Below, piece by piece: positions 61,308 through 64,000 of a stretch of 64,000 nt of DNA. The notes under the pieces were generated by a model, which did not search any database, was not told the DNA's origin, and saw only the letters and a list, made by a program, of their open reading frames with translations. The DNA lies in NCBI GenBank assembly GCA_965261005.1, contig OZ253375.1, positions 896,001 through 960,000 of the forward strand, in the 5' to 3' direction. This DNA comes from Deinococcus sp. GTDB taxonomy: Bacteria; Deinococcota; Deinococci; Deinococcales; Deinococcaceae. Made by a program: the position numbers and the translations under genes. Every line of letters starts with the position of its first letter. The stretch's first letter is position 1.

Positions 61308-64000
61308 ATGTCTGAGTACGAAGAGCGCAAGCAAGGTCAGCAGCAGTCCACTGTCGCGGCGCCGCAGATCAGCTACATCCCCCCGCTGCCGGTCCCGGAT
61401 CAGGCGGCCCTGCACCAAGATCAACAGCAGCAGGCGTTGCAGCGCTATCAGCAGTTCTTCGCAACACCAGACCTCGCCCAGCGTTCAAGCGTTACCCCGG
61501 TCTTCGAAGCCGCTCAGGTGCAACGCACCTTGGTCTTGCAGCGTCAGCAATCGCAGCTGGCCTTGCAGCGCCAGATCGAAGCGCTGAGCGAGGGCTTGCC
61601 TCCTCACGCTCTTCAGTCCGCTCTACAACGTCAGGCCGAGCAAGCTCAAGTGCCCGCCTTGCCCCCTATCTTCAATGGGCCGACCAGGTCACAACCTTCC
61701 TACGCCGACCATGCCCAGCGCTACGCCCACGAGTCCGTTGCCTTGCAGCGGCAAGCGGACCAGCACAGCGGCTTCGTCGCCATGTCCGCCTGGCCGACCA
61801 TTTAGGGGCGGGCGACGCAGGACTTGGCGCAGCGCTTCCGAACCGACCTTGCCACTCAGCGCTACGCTGAGTTGGGGCAGAGCTTGGCCGTAGTACAGCG
61901 TCAGCCAAACGGGAAGCAGGTGGCGCGGGTCGTCCTGCAACGCTTGCCGGCGAGTGAGCGTCCTTTGGTACAACGGGCGCTTGACGAGGCAGAAAGCGAA
62001 CATCAGCAGTTCCAAGCGCAGGATCGGAAGGCGTTGGAGCTGCACGCCTTGCAACGGAAGCTGACGGAGGAAGCAAGCGTTGCTCCCCAAGCGATTCCGA
62101 GGGGAAGCGGCCAACCCCTGCCTCTCGCGGTGCAACGACAACTGGAAGTGGGGCTGAACATCCCGAGAGAACACTTGCAAGCTGTCCGAGTCCACGCTGA
62201 CTCCAGCGCTCACAGCTTTGCCAAGTCTGTTCAGGCCATCGCGGCGACGGTCGGAACGAACATCTTCTTTCAGCAGGGCAAGCTGGACACCGAGAGCGCC
62301 GAGGGCCAAGAGCTGTTGGCCCATGAGGTCACCCACACCTGGCAGCAAGCTCAGGGGAAGGTCACGGGCAAGGGCATTGACCCTGACGCTGGGTTAGAGC
62401 ACGAGGCGCGGGACGCGGGCAAGACGTTCGCTCGGCAAGCCAAAACGCCCGAGTTCCTGGCGCGTTTTGAGCGGAGAAGACAAAGCGTGGAGGCGCACTT
62501 TCAAGCCGGACTTCACACGCCTAAAACCGTGCAGCGTCTGGCAGCGCCGACACCCGAGGTGACGTGGTACCGGGACTTCGTGGGCAACGTGGCTGGCGTC
62601 AGCGTCGCGCTCAGCTTGCGGCGCAGCGGGAACACGCTGCACGGCCGCTATCAGTACCACGGTCAAAGCGCTTGGCTCACCGTCGAGGGCGAGATCGAAC
62701 CCCAGCACAAGAGCGTCACGCTGACCGAGCGCGACGAGCGGGGCAAGGTCACCGGCAGCTTCCGGGGGAGCTTCACGGGCAAGGGCGGTGAAACGCTGAG
62801 CGGCACTTGGACCAACGCGACCACTGCAAAGCAGCACCCCTTCAGCTTCACGCTCTCGGAGGTTCACGCTGCACCCAAAGCGCCCCCAGCCCCGGCACCT
62901 TTGCCCACGTGGGAACGGACGTATGGCGGCACCTTGGCGGGCAGCGACCTGAGCCTGCGACTCAAGGGGAACGGTGGTCAAGTGGACGGGCGCTTCACCC
63001 TCGGCACGCTGGGCACGGGCAGCTGTGCGGGGCAGCAGGACGGGGACCAGCTGAACCTGACGCTGACGTATGCGAGCGGCAAGAACAAGGGGCAAAGCCG
63101 GACGCTGGCGCTGACCCTCAAGGGGGAGATGGAACTCAGTGGCAGCTGGGCGGGCGGGGACACCAGCTACGCCCTTTTGCTCTCCTCTCAAGTCCAAGCG
63201 CCGGAGAAGCCCCGAGGCGAGCTTTCGGACGCGGCGGAAGCGGCCGTGATCGCCGCCCTGCCCGCCGCCATGCAAAAGGCCGGCAAGGTGGTGAGCATGC
63301 GGGACGTGCAGCGCAACGTTCCGCTCATCTGGGAGGCATGCCGAAAAGCGGGCGTGACGGACCCGGCCCAAGTCGCCTACATTTTGGTCACGGCGGGTTG
63401 GGAAACTATGCTGGGTCTCGAAGGCTGGATGGTCGAGCAGCCGGGAAGACGTTTGCATTTCAATGAAACTGAAGAGCAGTACTTTGAGACCAAATATGGG
63501 TACCAAACCGACATCGGCGCAAAGCAGCTTGGCAATACGAAGCCGGGCGACGGCTATAAGTACCGGGGACGTGGCTTCGTCCAGCTCACTGGCCGGACAC
63601 ACTACACCTACTGGACGGGGCGTTTGGCGAGCGAGAACTTCAAGGTTGACGGCCAATTGCCGAACCTGATTGACCATCCCGAGCTGCTGACCAGCAACAA
63701 AGTCCTGGCCGCCAAGATTCTGGTCGAGGGCATGCGCGACGGTCAGTTCAGCGGCAAGAAGTTGCACGATTACCTCTCGACCAAGGACCACCAACAGGAC
63801 TTCAAGGGCGCGCGCTGGATCGTGAACTCGCAAGACGCCGCCCAACACCTCGCGGACGGTGCCCAGGCGTTGTTGGGTGAGTTGGGCGAGATGGAAGCGG
63901 ACGAGCAGCCGGCGGGAGCGCTGAAGTACAGCGAGGTCGGCGACGAGCGCAAACGGCAACTCACCAAGCAAAAGATGCGGGCCTGGGGAACGGAGATTGG
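61308..64000 (+). pseudogene. DUF4157 (eCIS-associated) effector with GH19 domain; one in-frame TAG at 61803-61805; runs off the window end
   Basis: Manual translation: frame stays open from 61806 to 64000; GSGQPLP..VRVH..LLAHEVTHTWQQ; LGNTKPGDGYKYRGRGFVQLTGR. Confidence 0.8.

Noticed and set aside
61803..61805. Pyrrolysine or programmed readthrough of the TAG
   Set aside because: No pyl genes or recoding signal visible; a point mutation or error is simpler
62394..63971. 525-aa minus-strand ORF
   Set aside because: Antisense shadow of the DUF4157/GH19 frame, which carries the recognisable motifs

Overview
GC-rich chromosomal segment, most likely from a Deinococcus-like bacterium (16S sequence, SNR-type repeats, RDRM-like operators and many leaderless promoters all fit). 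Most of it is housekeeping: plsY, bshB1, accA/accD, pdp, era, pilD, mdh, rplS, lipB/lipA, rimO, rbfA, glmM, mnmE, mqnC, topA, coaD, rsmD, rsmE, prmA, proC, tRNA-Asn, and a 16S rRNA gene with no linked 23S. Accessory content includes an IS4-like element, two copies of a 130-bp structured repeat, a MITE-like element, two pseudogenes, a PIN toxin-antitoxin pair, a low-GC membrane ORF and an HxlR-regulated redox cluster. The most interesting items are: (i) a PlsY-like/acyl-ACP-reductase-like fusion, a candidate enzyme for alkylamine lipid synthesis; (ii) a receptor-less CheB / CheB-CheR / histidine kinase methylation module; (iii) a DUF4157 + GH19 effector gene, largely missed by the ORF track and split by one amber codon; (iv) a small Zn-ribbon gene behind an RDRM-like operator. 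All family assignments come from motif recognition by eye, not from database searches.
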